Origin: Vicugna vicugna
Lineage: Eukaryota
Direction: 5' to 3'
Length of the DNA stretch: 64,000 nt
NCBI GenBank assembly: GCA_013265495.1
Contig: MU058045.1
Location: 257,241-321,240, forward strand
Positions 59,593 through 64,000 of the stretch are shown piece after piece. The position numbers and the translations under genes were made by a program. Each line of letters begins with the position of its first letter. Position 1 is the first letter of the stretch. The notes beneath the pieces are model-generated. The model made no database searches. It was not told the origin of the DNA and saw nothing but the letters and a program-made list of their open reading frames with translations.

Positions 59593-61405
59593 AATGTAGC
59601 CCCTGGCTGGAGGCTCCCTGCACTTACACTGAGCCCGCCACCACCACAGTCTGTCTCCCAGCCCCACTCCTGGCCCTGCTCTCACCCTTGCTGCCACACT
59701 CATGCCCTGAGCAGCCAGGTCCCACCAGGTGCTCTAGCCTGAGGGAGCCTAGGGGTTGGCTGTGACTCCCAGGGCTGCTGAGACCCTTAGATCCTTGGGC
59801 CCAGGAAGGGGTCAGAGCTGGGGTGAAGTGTCTGAAAATAGTCCTGGCTGATCACTTCTTTCCTTGCACACTCATGCCCCCCCACCAAAGCCTCTTCCTG
59901 AGATGACGCTGGGGGTCTGAAACTGACAGAACCAGGGCATAAATCTTCCCCACCCTGGGCTCAGCCAGCCCCTGGAGTCTTATGCTGTTTTCATTGCCAC
60001 TGAGCCATAGATTTATAGGTCCACTGGAGCTCAGGATTCGTTTCCTTCTTTCCTTCCTCCACCTTCTGCCTTGTTCCAGACAGATTCTGGAACACCAGGC
60101 ACTCCAGCTAGGGCCATTTCTGCACTCGGGCTCTGTGCTGAAACACAGACATGCTGCCAGGCTCTGTTCTGGATCCATCAGGCTTCTGTTCTTGACCCAG
60201 ATGGACCCCTGGCTTCCAAGTAGAGAGAGGCTGTATTTGAGCCCTGTCCAGCTGTTGGCCTTGGCCTGAACTGGGACCAGTCTCAGATTACCACAGGTTT
60301 GACTTTCTTATCCCAGAGACATCCAATTCTAGAACATGGTGTTCTAGACACATATGGAGCCATACTTCCTTCCAGATCCCAGCTCTAGGACATAGACCAC
60401 AACTGTCAGCCCTTCCCTCTAGGATGGAACTGGGACCTATATAGCCATATTATTGTTCTAGAGTAAGTTCTAGACCCATCCTCCCACCTTCTCTAGTGAT
60501 AACCTTTTAAGGATGAGCTCTGGAAAGGACTCAGCTGTGATTCACAAAGAATTAAGTGCTGGATGAATCGAGAACCACATCTTGTTTTTCCTAGATAATT
60601 TTCTAAAAATCTCTTTCTTCCTACAGAATGCTAACTTTATCTTTACATATAGTTTGTACCTCCTGCAACTTAGCTGTGGTCCTGCCAGGGAAAGAGTCTG
60701 AGGAAGGGCAGAGGAGTTTTGGAAGGAATCCCTGGCTCATAGCAGGAAAGCTTGGATAGAGAAGGGGCCAGAACCATGGCATGATTGGACCTGTGCCTGA
60801 GCTGGGGGGACATGAACATTTAGCTACCTCAGCAGGAATTCCTAGTCCCCTTTAAATCTGAGGTGTTTAGGGTAATGGGTCTAGAATAAAAAATATAAAT
60901 GGCACATAACCTTGACCCCCCACCATGAGGAGAGCCCAATTCAGCATAAGTCCCACCTATCTCCCCTACAGGTCAGGCCAAGTAGGGTGAGGGCCATTTG
61001 GGCTCTAGACCTCATACACCACCCCCCCCAGAACTTCTAACTGAATAGAATTTGCTTTACCTTACGGCTTATAACCTCAGCTGGGTTTTAGGTACCCAAA
61101 AAGGGCCTGACTAGATTTTTCTGAAAAAATGCAGATAGCAGGGACAGGCCTGAAAAAGATCAGGAGCCCATCAGTGAACTAGGAAGGAGATTCTGAGAGG
61201 TCCCAGATCTGAGCTGAGTAGACTGAGGAGGCCCAAAAGGGAGGGGATAGATCTCAGGCAGGTCACTTTTCCTCAGGCTCTTTCTACTTCTGGCTTGTTG
61301 CAAGCGGGATGGATGCTCCCCTCACCCACACAGACACCGCTCAGGCTCCACCCATCTCCTGGCTCTGCTCCCAGGGGACCGGGTCTCCACTCCATGCTTT
61401 CTGAA

Positions 61406-61411
61406 ATTAAA
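61406..61411 (+). terminator. Probable distal FGF11 polyA signal ATTAAA (a proximal AATAAA lies at 60885-60890)
   Basis: Hexamer followed by GT-rich GTGTTGTCTGT about 20 nt downstream. Confidence 0.55.
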
Positions 61412-61469
61412 GAAGATTTATACAACTGAAGTGTTGTCTGTCATCTGTGGGAGGCAGGCATTGGCAATT

Positions 61470-61623
61470 GCTCGGGGCGGGGATAAAGTCCCAGGGGCGG
61501 GGCGGGTGGGCTGGCGGCTGCCCCCCGACAACAGGTGCACATTCCTGGGCGCCTCGTCACTTCCCCTGCGCTGGCTGTCCCGGCGGCTCACCCAGAGAGC
61601 TCACGGAGCGACGCGGGCGGGCT
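61470..61623 (+). promoter_or_regulatory. CHRNB1 muscle promoter: GC boxes, E-box CAGGTG (61532-61537), adjacent M-CAT CATTCCT (61540-61546)
   Basis: Motifs read directly. An E-box next to an M-CAT is the known architecture of AChR beta promoters. Confidence 0.75.
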
Positions 61624-63908
<2,285 letters not shown>

Positions 63909-64000
63909 TGAGCATGGCTCCCACGTCCATTGGCTTTATGATTTCCAGTTTCTAACAGGCTGAAAAATATACTCCATCAGCGAGTCCCTGTGGGTTCGGC

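Overview
Mammalian genomic DNA, probably camelid judging from a tRNA-derived SINE at about 4440-4564. It is the conserved block syntenic to human 17p13.1: TNK1(+), PLSCR3(-), TMEM256(-), NLGN2(+), SPEM1(+), SPEM2(+), SPEM3(+), TMEM102(+), FGF11(+) and the 5' part of CHRNB1(+), interspersed with old L1, L2, MIR, MLT and MER repeats. I placed exon boundaries by hand from GT/AG sites and reading frame, and compared them with orthologue sequences recalled from memory. I found no wholly new gene system. The best leads are: (1) a paired YATT(G/A)TGAC element with 24-25 bp spacing in front of all three SPEM paralogues; (2) a C-terminal module shared by SPEM1 and SPEM3 that is cut by an in-frame TAA in SPEM3; (3) a possible cryptic A1-like microexon, plus complementary U-rich/A-rich tracts, around NLGN2 splice site A; (4) the NLGN2 start codon and signal peptide are absent, probably an assembly collapse; (5) a 15-nt in-frame deletion in the TNK1 SAM region; (6) a SINE insertion that seems to carry a 3' transduction.
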